From NCBI GenBank assembly GCA_038087875.1, contig JAXLNO010002078.1:62001-126000 (forward strand): a stretch of DNA of 64,000 nt, in the 5' to 3' direction. Origin of the DNA: Malacoraja senta. Lineage: Eukaryota. Positions within the stretch are counted from its first letter, which is position 1, and every line of letters starts with the position of its first letter. Made by a program: the position numbers and the translations under genes. Shown here piece after piece: positions 37,144 to 47,833 of this stretch. The notes beneath the pieces were generated by a model. It ran no database searches. It saw only the letters and a list, made by a program, of their open reading frames with translations, and was not told where the DNA came from.

Positions 37144-38139
37144 ATGTCGATGCGGGGGATGAATCTGCTGAGTCTGCTTTGGTGCTTGTGAGCAACACTG
37201 CAACGTGACACAGCAAGTGGTACAAAGGTGAAAGGAGTGCAGGCTTATGTGCCCAGAGTTGGAAGAATGACACCTTTACAGAAGGTTGTGTTTGTGGTAA
37301 AGGTTTCAGAGATGGTGAGACACATGGTCAGAGTAAGACTGCGATATCAGCATGTGACATTCTTAAACCGAGGGAATCCCAGGCTTGGCCTACAAGGAGA
37401 AAAGTAGCGTTTCTCATTCATGTTGCTCAGTATTACTAATCGATGCTGCAGGGGTTCCAAGCAAAGCACATATCAAATTGTGCCCCTGTAATGTACCAGC
37501 TGATCATGGTGATGGGAAAGAGAGTCAAATCCCAGTTGACGGCTCCTTTGTTCTGGGTTTTTTTCAGTCAAAGCACCCAACCTGCTATTTAACACGAGTG
37601 TTTCTGCTATTCTGTTTTCAATAATCTAGCCAGTGTATAGTTTGATCTGCCATTGGTCAGTCTTTTGCAATAAATCTAGCCAGTGTATAGTTTGATCTGC
37701 CATTGATCAGTCTTTTATGTGATGACATAAACATCTTAAAGTTCTTTTATAAGACACCTGTTTGGATTTCTACCCTGGCTTTCCATAAAGAGCCTGTCCC
37801 AATTCCGCAATTTTGATACAATGATACAATTTATTTGTTGTCATTTGAACCTAAGTTCAAACGAAATTTGGTTTCTGCAGTCATGCAAACAAGTACAAAG
37901 AACCAAGACACAACACAATTTACACACAAACATCCATCACAGTGAATCTCCTCCTCACTGTGATGGAAGGCAAAGTCTTGTCTCTCCCCTGCTCTCCTCA
38001 TTCTCCTCCCGATGTCAAAGTCAAAGCCCCCAGCGGGCGATGGTAAGTCCCACGGTCTTGATGTTGGAGCCCTTGGCGGGCGCTAGCAAGTCCCCGCAAC
38101 TCGGGCGGGAGAAGTTGCCGTTGCGGGAGCTCCGAAATT

Positions 38140-38424
38140 TTTTTCTGCAACTACCGGCACCCGTCATAGTCGGGTAAAATTTTCAACATGTTGAAAATCC
38201 AACGGTGACCAGAAGACTCTACGACTCTTTGGGAGACTGAGGAGACTACTCATGACCATACTGGCGACATGTCGCGGGGTGAAGCCTGTATGGTCGTGAG
38301 TAGTTGCCAAAAGAGTCGTACCTTGTTCTGGATTTTCAACATGTTGAACATTTTCGGCCACCTGTAACGACCAATGACGGATGCTGGCAGTCGTTGAAAT
38401 AGTTGCGTAAGTGGGACAGGCCCT
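38140..38424. mobile_element. PIF/Harbinger-like MITE, one end
   Basis: Terminal AAGTGGGACAGGCCCT; internal inverted TTTTCAACATGTTGAA motifs. Confidence 0.6.
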
Positions 38425-38466
38425 TGAGGAAGAGGGTCTCACATCTACTTTGCTCCTCTGTTCCAG

Positions 38467-38784
38467 TTGAAACAAAAAGACTCAAGGTCAGCCTGCTGCC
38501 TCCAGCTCATCAAGAGACCACACGTAGCCACACAGCCACCCTCGAATGTGTGCTCTCTGGTTTCTACCCGGACCTCATAAACGTCACTTGGGAGAAAGAC
38601 GGAGCCCCGATCTCCTCCACCACCAACGCTACACTGACTGCTCTGGAGCAGGGGGGGACTTTCAGTGCTTGCCACTTCCTGACTGTGAGTTCAGAGGATT
38701 GGAAGAAAGGCTCAGTCTTCGGCTGTACAGTGTCTCATCCCCCCTCGAACACCAGTATCAGTCGGGAAGTGAAAAGCTTTCAAG
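38467..38784 (+). CDS. Immunoglobulin heavy-chain constant (C1-set) exon, IgNAR/IgW-like
   Basis: Acceptor ctctgttccag|, donor CAAG|gtacgg, phase 1-1, 318 nt, open; VSLLPP, ATLECVLSGFYPD, VTW, TALEQ, TFS, DW, CTVSHPPS motifs. Confidence 0.9.
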
Positions 38785-38929
38785 GTACGGTGCTGGGATT
38801 CACTTTAATGAACACATCTTTTACCCCGTCACAAAATAGGGCCAGGCAAGTTTAGCACTGAAGGACAGGTGTTGCAGTGTGTGAGTGAGTGAGTGATAAC
38901 CAAGAGGCCTAGACTAGGGTCAAGAAGAG

Positions 38930-39360
38930 TGAAGAGTGTTTTATTGTCATATGCCCCAGACAGGACAATGCATTTCATGCTTGCTGCAGCACAACAGAAT
39001 ATGTGAATATGTAAACATAGTACATAACGGGGGAAGAGAAAAATAGAAAAAGATCAATAAATAACAAATAGTGCAAATAACAAATAATAATATAATCTTT
39101 TGCAGTTCAGAGCTCAGAGCTTATTCGTTGTGTTTAATAGCCTGATGGCTGCAGGGAAGTAGCTGTTCCTGTACCTGGACATTACAGTTTTCAGGCTCCT
39201 GTAACTGCTTCCTGATGGCAATGGTGAGATGAGTGTGTGGCCAGGATGGTGAGATCCCTTCGACGGTCAAAGCCGGCGATGAACTGGGCAGTAGTCACAA
39301 CTTTTGTAGTCTTTTTCGCTCCTGGACGTTCAAGTTGCCGAACCAGGCCACGATGCAACC
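38930..39360 (-). mobile_element. Rex1/Babar-like LINE 3' fragment
   Basis: Mirrors 40620-41100 (CIVAWFGNLNVQER, LPSGSSYR-like, GACAATAAAA tail). Confidence 0.7.
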
Positions 39361-39669
39361 AGAACTAGGGCACAATGCTAAATATCTCTGTACTTTTACA
39401 TCTTCAGTTTATTCTAAAACTGCTCAGTAGCCAGGACACTGAGAAGACCAAGCCTGCTGTTCTTCAAAATTAGTGTCACAGGGTCAGTCCACTCATTGTT
39501 GTCGGCCCTCTGTGTGTGGCATCTCAGTCTAGTTGGCTTGCTGCTAATTTGAAGAGTGGAGTTGAGTATTTGTACTTGTACAATTGTTTGTCGACACTGG
39601 AAAAGAGGTCCATCAGAAAGTCCATTGAGTGGATGGAGCTGGGTACAAGCGTGTTGGCATTGGAGTGAT

Positions 39670-40330
39670 CATGGAGTCATAGATTTATACAGCACGGTAA
39701 CAGGCCCTTCGGCTCAGCTTGCCTTTGCCAACCAAGTGCCCGATCTACACTAGTCCCGTCTCCCCGTGTTTGGCCTAAATCACTGATCATCTCATGTTCA
39801 TGTGATAGGAGCAGAATTAGGCCATTCAGCCCATCAAGTCTACTCTGCCATTCAATCATGGCTGATCTATCTCGCCTTCCTAACCCCATTCTCTTGCCTT
39901 CTCCCCTTGACACCAATACTAATCAAGAATCAATCTATCTCTGCTTTAAAAATACCCATTGAGTGGGCCTCCACAGCCTTCTGTGGCAATGACTTCCTCA
40001 GATTCACTACCCTGTGACAAAACAAATTCCTCCTCATCTTCCTAGAGGAACCTCCTTTAATTCTGAGGCTATGGTCCTCGACTCTCCCACCAGTGGAATC
40101 ATCCTCTTTACATCCGCTCAGTCCAGGCCTTTCACTATTCGTCCTATCCATGTACCTGTCCAAATAACTTTAAAACATTGTCATAGTTTCTGCGTCAACT
40201 ACCTCCTCCTGCAGCACATTCCATGTACCCAGTGCCCTCTGTGTGAAAAGGTTGCCCCTCAGATTCCCATTAAATCTGTCCCCCCTCACTTTAAACCCAT
40301 GCCCTGGTTCTTGATTGCAGTACTCTGGGT
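39670..40330 (-). mobile_element. Cluster of CR1 3'-end fragments
   Basis: GHSLRIKG, NLWNSLPQ-like remnants and tail stem-loops. Confidence 0.65.
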
Positions 40331-40619
40331 GAAGGAGCCTGGTTGTACATACGTGTGTCTAACCATCTCCTGCACTCTGTCAAATGTGGTTATCTCCTCT
40401 TGTGATATTGTGCCGATAGTAACAAGACCAGGCTGTGGTTAGTTGAGCAGTTGCTACTCTTGAGGAAAGGGAATGTCTCTCCAGAAAGTCACTGCTATGC
40501 AGTGTCTTGTGCAGACTGGTGTTCCAGGGTTCACATTACTCAGCCAGGGAGAGAACGTCAACTGAGAATGAAAATGGATTCCAGACCAAATTCATATCAA
40601 ACAGCATTTTTTGGTTAAA

Positions 40620-41100
40620 CATAACTGGTTGCATCATGGCTTGGTTCGGCAACTTGAACGTCCAGGAGCGGAAAAGAATGCAGAAAGTTGTGACCACTGC
40701 CCAGTCCATCATCGACTCTGACCTCCCTACCATCGAAGGGATCTATCGCACTCGCTGCCTCAAAAAGGCTGCCAACATCATCAAAGATCCACACCATCCT
40801 GGCCACTCACTCATCTCTCCGTTGCCATCAGGAAGAAGATACAGGAGCTTGAAATCTGGAACATCGAGGTTCAGGAACAGCTACTTCCCCACAGCCATCA
40901 AACAAACTCTGAACAATAACAGCCTATTGCACTTTATCTGTTTATTTATTGTGTATATATATGTATATATATATGGTCTATAGACACACTGAACTTTTAT
41001 CTCCTGTTCTGTATTATGTTTACATATTCTGTTGTGCTGCAGCAAGCAAGAATTTCATTGTCCTATCTGGGACACATGACAATAAAACTCTCTTGACTCT
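40620..41100 (+). mobile_element. Rex1/Babar-like LINE 3' fragment
   Basis: CIMAWFG..IIKDPHHPGHSLISPLPSGRRYRS..RFRNSYFP. Confidence 0.82.
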
Positions 41101-41408
41101 TGAAATATCAATTACCAAAGTTTCAGAGAACTTGCAGTTACTATGATAACATCTTTGTGTCAGGTCTGATCCTGCATGAAACCTGCAGAGACCCCACAAG
41201 AGGCTACATGTGTGTTTGTGTCAATGTAACCTATCAATGTTCAATAAAGAATATACATGTAGTGTTGGTGTTCCCTGTTGGTGCGTTTTGGGACGTGTTG
41301 CCAAGTTGGTGGGGAACAGGTGACCTGGATCTAAGATTGCACATTGTCTTTCTACAGATTATGTAAATATACATGTATTAGTCTCCTCCGTCCAAAGAAT
41401 AGAACATT

Positions 41409-41528
41409 CTGAAGGAGGGTCTTGACCCGAAATGTCACCCATTCCTTCTATCCAGAGATGCTGCATGTCCTACAGAGTTTTGTGTCTATCTTTGGTGTAA
41501 ACCAGCATCTGCAGTTCCTTCCCACACA
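41409..41528 (+). mobile_element. Penelope-derived repeat (degenerate)
   Basis: CTGAAGGAGGGTCTTGACCCGAAATGTCACC. Confidence 0.7.
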
Positions 41529-42249
41529 TTCGTGATGAACCTTTCTGGTCTTTAAAATATTCAAAGCTAATGAACAGGGAAAGGAGTTTTGATCATCTTT
41601 GTGAATGCATTTGATAAACTCATTCAGAAAGTGGAAAGTTACAGAAGGAAGGGCCAGTGATGAGCTTTGCCTGTGGCAAGGTGTTCAGGGCTGAAGCTAT
41701 TCACTATATTTATTGATAGTTGAGATGTCGGATAGAAAGCCACACGACCAAGTTTGCCGCTCACACAAGGCAAGCAGAAGTGTCAACAGAGCATCTGGAT
41801 GGTATCCTTGCTGAGATAAGGATAAATGAAGTGAATGGGCAAATCTGTGGCAAGAACCAGCTCTTTAAATGTGTGTGGACCACACCCAAATACACAATAG
41901 ACAATAGGTGCAGGAGTAGGCCATATGGCCCTTCGATCCAGCACCGCCATTCAATGTGATCATGGCTGATCATCCCCAATCAGTACCCTGTTCCTGCCTT
42001 CTCCCCATATCCCCTGACTCCGCTATCTTTAAGAGCCCTGTCTAGCTCTCTCTTGAAAGTGTCCAGAGAACCAGCCTCGACCGCCCTCTGAGGCAGAGAA
42101 GTCCACAGACTCACAACACTCTGTGAAAAAAGTGTTTCCTTGTCTCCGTTCTAAATGGAGGGGGGGAGGGAGGGAGGGAGAGCGGGAGGGAGGGAAGGGG
42201 GAGGGAGACGGGGGGAGGGGGGAGGGAGGGAGGTCAACATTACCACAAG

Positions 42250-42404
42250 TCGCGTTTGGCATCAGCAAATGGCGGCCGTGACGTGACAACGTGACTACGT
42301 CAGACGATTGGTCCATCTTGCTCCTCTAGTAACTTTGGGCGGGATCGACTACATTTCCCGGCGCGCTTTGCGGCACAGCGGCCATCTACAGTGGAAGCGG
42401 GAAG
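42250..42404 (+). promoter_or_regulatory. CpG-island-type Pol II promoter
   Basis: YY1-like CAAATGGCGGCC (42266) and GCGGCCATCT (42378), CRE-like GTGACGT (42278), CCAAT (GATTGG 42306), GC box (42337), ZNF143-like ACTACATTTCCC (42349), ETS GGAAG x2. Confidence 0.7.
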
Positions 42405-42485
42405 ATGTCGTCGTCGGGGAGACTGCAGAAGGACGACATCGGCACCAATATCGGCCGCCTGGCTCGTCGTGTGGAGGAACTCGAG
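42405..42485 (+). CDS. Candidate first coding exon of an unidentified gene
   Basis: AAGATGT start context; MSSSGRLQKDDIGTNIGRLARRVEELE; donor GAG|gtgaaa (alternative AG|gtgagg at 42544). Confidence 0.5.
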
Positions 42486-42542
42486 GTGAAAACAAGAAAG
42501 GCCGTGGTGGAGACAGAGGGGGAGAGACGAGTGGCGAGGGGG

Positions 42543-42720
42543 AGGTGAGGGGTAGGGGGAGGTGAGGGGTAGGGGGAGGTGAGGGGTAGGGGGAGGTGAG
42601 GGGTAGGGGGGGTGAGGGGTAGGGGGAGGTGAGGGGTAGGGGCGAGAAGGAGAGAGGGAATGGGGAAGGAGTGGAGGGGAGGAAGAGGTGAGGGGTAGGG
42701 GAGAGGAGGGACTGGGGAAG
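42543..42720 (+). repeat. G-rich 17-bp minisatellite
   Basis: About 6 copies of AGGTGAGGGGTAGGGGG, then degenerate copies. Confidence 0.9.
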
Positions 42721-42769
42721 GAGTGGAGGGGAGAGTGGGGATCATGGTTGGATTCAAATTGAGTTTATT

Positions 42770-44310
42770 GACATGCACAAGTATGGATAAAACAAGATAT
42801 TAGTACAACAGATATTGAGGAAAAAAGAATGTCTACTTATGCAATATAATAATAATAATATACCTTTAATTGTCATTCAAATATACACATAGACACAGTG
42901 CACATTCATTGAACGAAATTTCGTTGCATTGACTCTTCCAAGTAGCAGCAGAATATACCATTTATATCAGGCGATCAGTAAAAATGCTTAGTGTGTCCAT
43001 AAAAAGTGCTTTATGTGCATAGTTAAAAAAGGAACGTTTTTAAAAAGTGGCAATGTATAAGACAGTTTTTTGCATCGGTTTGATTGTGAGTTCAATAATC
43101 TTATGGCCTGGGGGTTGCAGAACCTGGTTGACTGGCCCTTCATGCTGCAGTACCTCCTCCCAGAGTTCAGCAGTGTAAACAGTCCATATTGTGGGTGTGT
43201 GGGGGCTCTGGTAATGCCCTTAGCTCTTGACAGACAGCGTTTGTAACCAATGTCCATGATGGAGGGAAGAGAAGTCCCAATGATTTTTTCCGCTGTCCTC
43301 ACCACTCTCTGAAGGCACTTCCAGTCCGCAGCTGTACAGCCGCCGCACCACACAGAGATGCAGCTGGTCATGACTGATTCAATGGTGCTTCTGTAGAATG
43401 TGGTGAGGATGGGAGGGTGGAGGTGTGATCTTCTCATCCTGCGGAGGAAGTACAAACGCTGCTGTGCCCGTTTTACCAGAGATGTGATGTTAGTAGCCCA
43501 AGTTAAGGTATCCGTTATATGCACACCCAGGAACTTGATGCTTTTCACCTGCTCCACTGCTAAGTTGTTAATGCACAGCGGAGTGTGACTGGGCTGATTT
43601 TTCTTTCTGAAATCGACGCCAATCTCCTTGGTTTTGTCCACATTTAGGAGAAGGTTGTTCCTGCTGCACCAGCTGCTCCACCTCCTCTCTGTATGCCTGG
43701 TTGTCGTTGTTGCGGATGAGGCCCACTACTGTTGTGTCAATAGCGTATTTGATGATATGGTTAGTAGTGGACTTGGCGACACAGTCATGTGTCATCAATG
43801 TGAAGAGCAGCGGACTCAGGACACAGCCCTGAGGGGAGCCGGTGCTCAGTGTGATGACCGAGGAGGTGTTCTTTCCCACCCGCACAGACTGGGGTCTTTC
43901 AGAAAGGAAATCCAGGATCTAGTTGCATAGTGTGGTATTGAATCCTAGGGGTGCCAGTTTGCTCACCAGATGCTGGGGGATTATCGTATTGAATGCTGAG
44001 CTGAAGTCAACAAACAGCATCCGCACGTTGGTGTTCTTCACCTCCAGGTGTTGTAGGCTCAGGTGGACTGCAGAGGAGATAGCATCCTCTGTGGAGCGGT
44101 TCGGGCGATAAGCAAACTGGAATGGGTCAAAACTGGGGGGTAGTTTAGAGACCATGTGCTGCTTAATAAGCCTCTCAAAGAACTTCATTATTATTGGTGT
44201 GAGTGCTACGGGGCGGTAATCATTCAGGCAGGTTATTGTAGACTTTTTGGGAACTGGTATGATGGTGGCTGTCTTGAAACATGATGGAACAATGGCCTGG
44301 TTCAGGGAGG
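42770..44310 (-). mobile_element. Rex1/Babar-like LINE RT region
   Basis: [47 protein letters not shown]. Confidence 0.9.
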
Positions 44311-44326
44311 TGGCCCATAGTGTAAT

Positions 44327-44545
44327 GGCCCTGTCTCACGGTGCGAGTTGACCCACGAGGTACCCCGAGTGAAAGACTCGTGGTTGTGTACGAGATTCCA
44401 AGTGTATGATCAAGAATTTAACCGAGTTCCCACGGGTATGACTACGTTTGCCGTTAACTTGTCATTTTTGCGATGTTCCAAGTTCGTGTCCCGAGTTACC
44501 AAGTTCCTCTCCCGAGTTACTCTTGAGCCAAACGTGAGTGAAGGT
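44327..44545 (+). mobile_element. Harbinger-like MITE left end
   Basis: GGCCCTGTCTCACGGTGCGAGTTGACCCACGAGGTACCCC; inverted counterpart at 50930-50964. Confidence 0.6.
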
Positions 44546-44569
44546 CTGTTTTAATAAGCAACAGTGTTA

Positions 44570-44664
44570 CTGAAGAAGGGTTTCGACCCGAAACGTCGCA
44601 TATCTCTTCTCTCCGTAGGTGCTGCCTCACCCGCTGAGTTTCTCCAACATTTTTTGTTTGCCTT
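44570..44664 (+). ncRNA. Penelope-derived repeat with intact minimal hammerhead-like core
   Basis: CTGAAGA-A-GGGT(TTCG)ACCC-GAAA-CG-TC. Confidence 0.62.
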
Positions 44665-44687
44665 TGCATATTTACAAGCCTTGTTAT

Positions 44688-45728
44688 AGGTATGTTACAA
44701 AACTTACCTTCAGTCGCGCTGTAATTCTGCCACTGGCCGTGTGCGCGATTTTGGCGCCTTTAAGGGGGGGGGCGGGGTTAAAACGCGGTTTCTCCTCCCT
44801 TGTCCTGGAAATATTTTGTTGGAGTACAAACCTTCGCTGACAAAATCGTTCCTACCGGCTTTTTGTGATTTTTTTTTATTTATTAAATCGTCAATGTCAG
44901 CGCTACAGTAGTTTTAAAAGCAGCTCCTGAAGCGTCAACGCCAATAACGGGGACGGATTTCACACAATGGACAGGTAAACGAAAGTGCTTTCTTTAAATG
45001 TATAAAAGTGCTTCTTAAGAAGCCTTTAATTCACATTTTGTCATGCGACACGGTGATTTTATTCCCCGAATTAACGGCAGTATTTTTCATGCCAATACGG
45101 GGTTAAATTCACCGCAAATGAACGTTCCAAAAGATCGCGTTCCAGAAATTCTCACTCGCAAGATGAATTAAATGCCCATTAATTTACAGGTATTAAACAT
45201 TCAATTCCTTCCATTTGGCCTGTAAATTCATGAAAATTAGATTTAAAAATTATGTTATATTGTGAATTATTGTGTGAATGTTATTTGGACACTTAGGCTA
45301 TTTAAAAATGTTAATCTATTCTTAAGAAATTGATAGATGTTTAGATCTAGTAATTGAATTTTGTAATTAGCTACAATTAGGTAACTAACTAATTATATGC
45401 TTTACTTTCATGTCTTCGAAGTAAGATTGTTTCATATTTGTTTCAGAATGCTTCAATCTATAATACCTGAAAATTTCTTTCAGTTACCATAATTTTTAAG
45501 AAAGTTATGGGCTTTTAACTGTCCTCGATCACAGCTTTTGTGTTAAGTCAATGGAAAAGCAATAGGGAACTAGATGCTAATTTCTGAGTATGATAATGGC
45601 CATAACTTCTTTAATACTGAAGATATGAAAGTGAATTAAGTGTCAAATTAAACTTCTTTTTATGCTTTATCTGATGGGATAAATTGCAGACTTTATTTTT
45701 TAAATCTCAAAATTTTGTAACATTGCTA
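44688..45728 (-). mobile_element. Complete non-autonomous DNA transposon with 8-bp TSD (Zisupton- or hAT-like)
   Basis: TSD CTTGTTAT (44680-44687, 45729-45736); subterminal inverted repeat ATGTTACAAAA; asymmetric ends AGGT and TAGCA. Confidence 0.85.
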
Positions 45729-46639
45729 CTTGTTATCACCATTTTTAAACAAAACAATATTCATGCTCAACATTATGTTTATCGAAGTACGTTCACTGTA
45801 CTTCCTTTACTGTAATAGACGTTGGAACCTCCTGAGTTTGTGATGGGCGCTATTTAAATACAGGGATGTCTCTCCATTGCTGGACGTTTTTCCCTGTAAC
45901 ATATTTAATAGAATTTAAACTTTATAATTAAACTATTCGCATCCGCATATAAAATCTGAATTAAGCCGAATTACTCATTGAACTGGCAATCGTGACATGA
46001 AAGCCATAAAGACGGAAATGGCAGACACAGACGCAGAATATTTGTATCTGCATTGCATTTACGTGCAGTTCATTTGGACCACAGTCTATGGCCCTTCCGC
46101 TGCAGGATATTGAAATGGGGACACCCGTCAGACAAGGGTAGGGATATCACCCTAAGGGGCACATAGCGACAAGAGAGTTTTGTTTAAATATAGATGGAAA
46201 CACTCCTAAGTATGACACTATTGAATGTATAGACACTGATAATGCATTGCACTGTTTTTGTTTTATGCACATTTCTTATTCTGAGTAAAGTTTATTTTAG
46301 AAAAATATCGAAGGCATTAACCACTGAGAATCTATGAAAAGATTTCACACGGTTTTTGTTTTATACATATTTTTATTCAGGAGAAACATTATTTTTGAAA
46401 TTACACATGGCATTGGTGTATTGCATATCCTGCACATCTTTTTATGAATAAAGTTAAAAAATAAAAAAAAATCCACTGAAGGCACTGTTGTGTTTTTAAA
46501 TTGATCTCAGTAACTGCAGGAGCATTTGTTAATGAAACAACATTCTCAAGTATCTTAATAATAAACCACGGTTTAAGTTTTCGCAAAAGCCTTTAGGAAT
46601 GGCAATAACCTTTCAAATACTGACCGTTAATGAGGACGT

Positions 46640-47090
46640 AATAAATTTAAGCTGGAGTAAGCAATCCTTGGGTCTTCTCCGCCGTCCAGGTAGATCACGG
46701 CTGATCTAGTTTCTTCTTCATAGTGTGTGGAGCTCCGTCCGGTGCGGTCTGTTGGCTTGGAAGCCACGGTCTTCGGTGGGAAGGTGGTCGTTCCTGGAAC
46801 CCCAAGCCGCTGGGGGTTCTCCCGACGCCGGAGCACCATCACCCGGCGAGAACATCGGGCGCTGTGGCGGCGACTGTGGAGGCCTCAGTGGGCTCGACTC
46901 TGGGTGGACAAGAGGATGGGGACTGGACTTTGTGCCTTCCCCCACAGTGGTTCCCACTGTGGAGGGATGTTTTGGTGTTGAACTTATTTTTAATACTGTG
47001 TTGTATTTTATTAGTGTGCTGCAAGGACATCTGAATTTCCCCTGAATAAGGGGATTAATAATGTCTAATTCAATTCAATTCAATTCAATA
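46640..47090 (+). mobile_element. GC-rich short retroposon with Rex/L2-like tail
   Basis: Ends GAATTTCCCCT..GGGGATTAATAA plus (TCAAT)n. Confidence 0.45.
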
Positions 47091-47833
47091 TGATATCCTA
47101 TGAATTGATAATGAGTTTTCCAGGCGAAGCAGAACTTTTGCAATATCCGTTGCAGAAACAGGGGGTGCGCAGTTTAATATTACCTGCACCCTATAATCAG
47201 TGACTGGATTATAGGGTGTCAAAATAAGAAAGCACCACGTTAATTCACGAGAAAGTACATTGCAAAGCTCGATTCTACAAATATAGCAAACTCTCAAAAT
47301 ATTGTTCCTTTGTCTACAGTTTATAGTCTTTAACTATTTATTTTTTTAACTGTGGTCTAATGTATTAAACTATTGGTAAAAAAACAACCAAAGGAAATAT
47401 GCAGGATTATGTCACTTTTTAACATCTGCTGGCAGAAAATATATTTACTACTATACATATATTTATCAAAAAAAAGAAGTGTACTCTACTATATGTAGAG
47501 TAGTAAATATATTGTAAATATTTTATAAATGTCACTTGCTGTAGAATTTTGTTCAGAAATAATTAAAATAGCAAGTGAAATGTAGTTATATTGCCAGGGA
47601 ACGGCTTAAAATTGCTTGCTAAATTTAGGTTAGCAATAAAACACAGCAACGATTCAAATAAATTATTTCATTATTGTCACGTGTAAAAGCTTTGTTTTGC
47701 ATACTATCTTATCAGATGGATAGCATCGGTTTGGAAGGATATGGGCCATACGCTGGCATGTGGGGCGCCATGTTCGGCATGGAGAAATTGGACCAAATAA
47801 GCTGTTTCCGTGTTGTATGACTGACTCGATGAG

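Noticed and set aside
37621-37720. ~50-bp tandem duplication (also a short one at ~30705-30745)
   Set aside because: Simple slippage-type duplications with no further structure
38785-38855. Read-through secretory tail after the Ig domain
   Set aside because: GTVLGFTLMNTSF.. lacks the N-V-S-L/V motif and penultimate Cys of IgM/IgW tails, and a good donor sits at 38785
40512-40610. VHITQP segment as the start of an Ig V exon
   Set aside because: No Cys or Trp at V-domain positions, and it is cut by a Rex1 fragment
23870-46960. CACAGTG heptamers (e.g. ~23871, ~37937, ~46953) as recombination signal sequences
   Set aside because: No ACAAAAACC-like nonamer at 12/23 spacing seen; all lie in repeats or small hairpins
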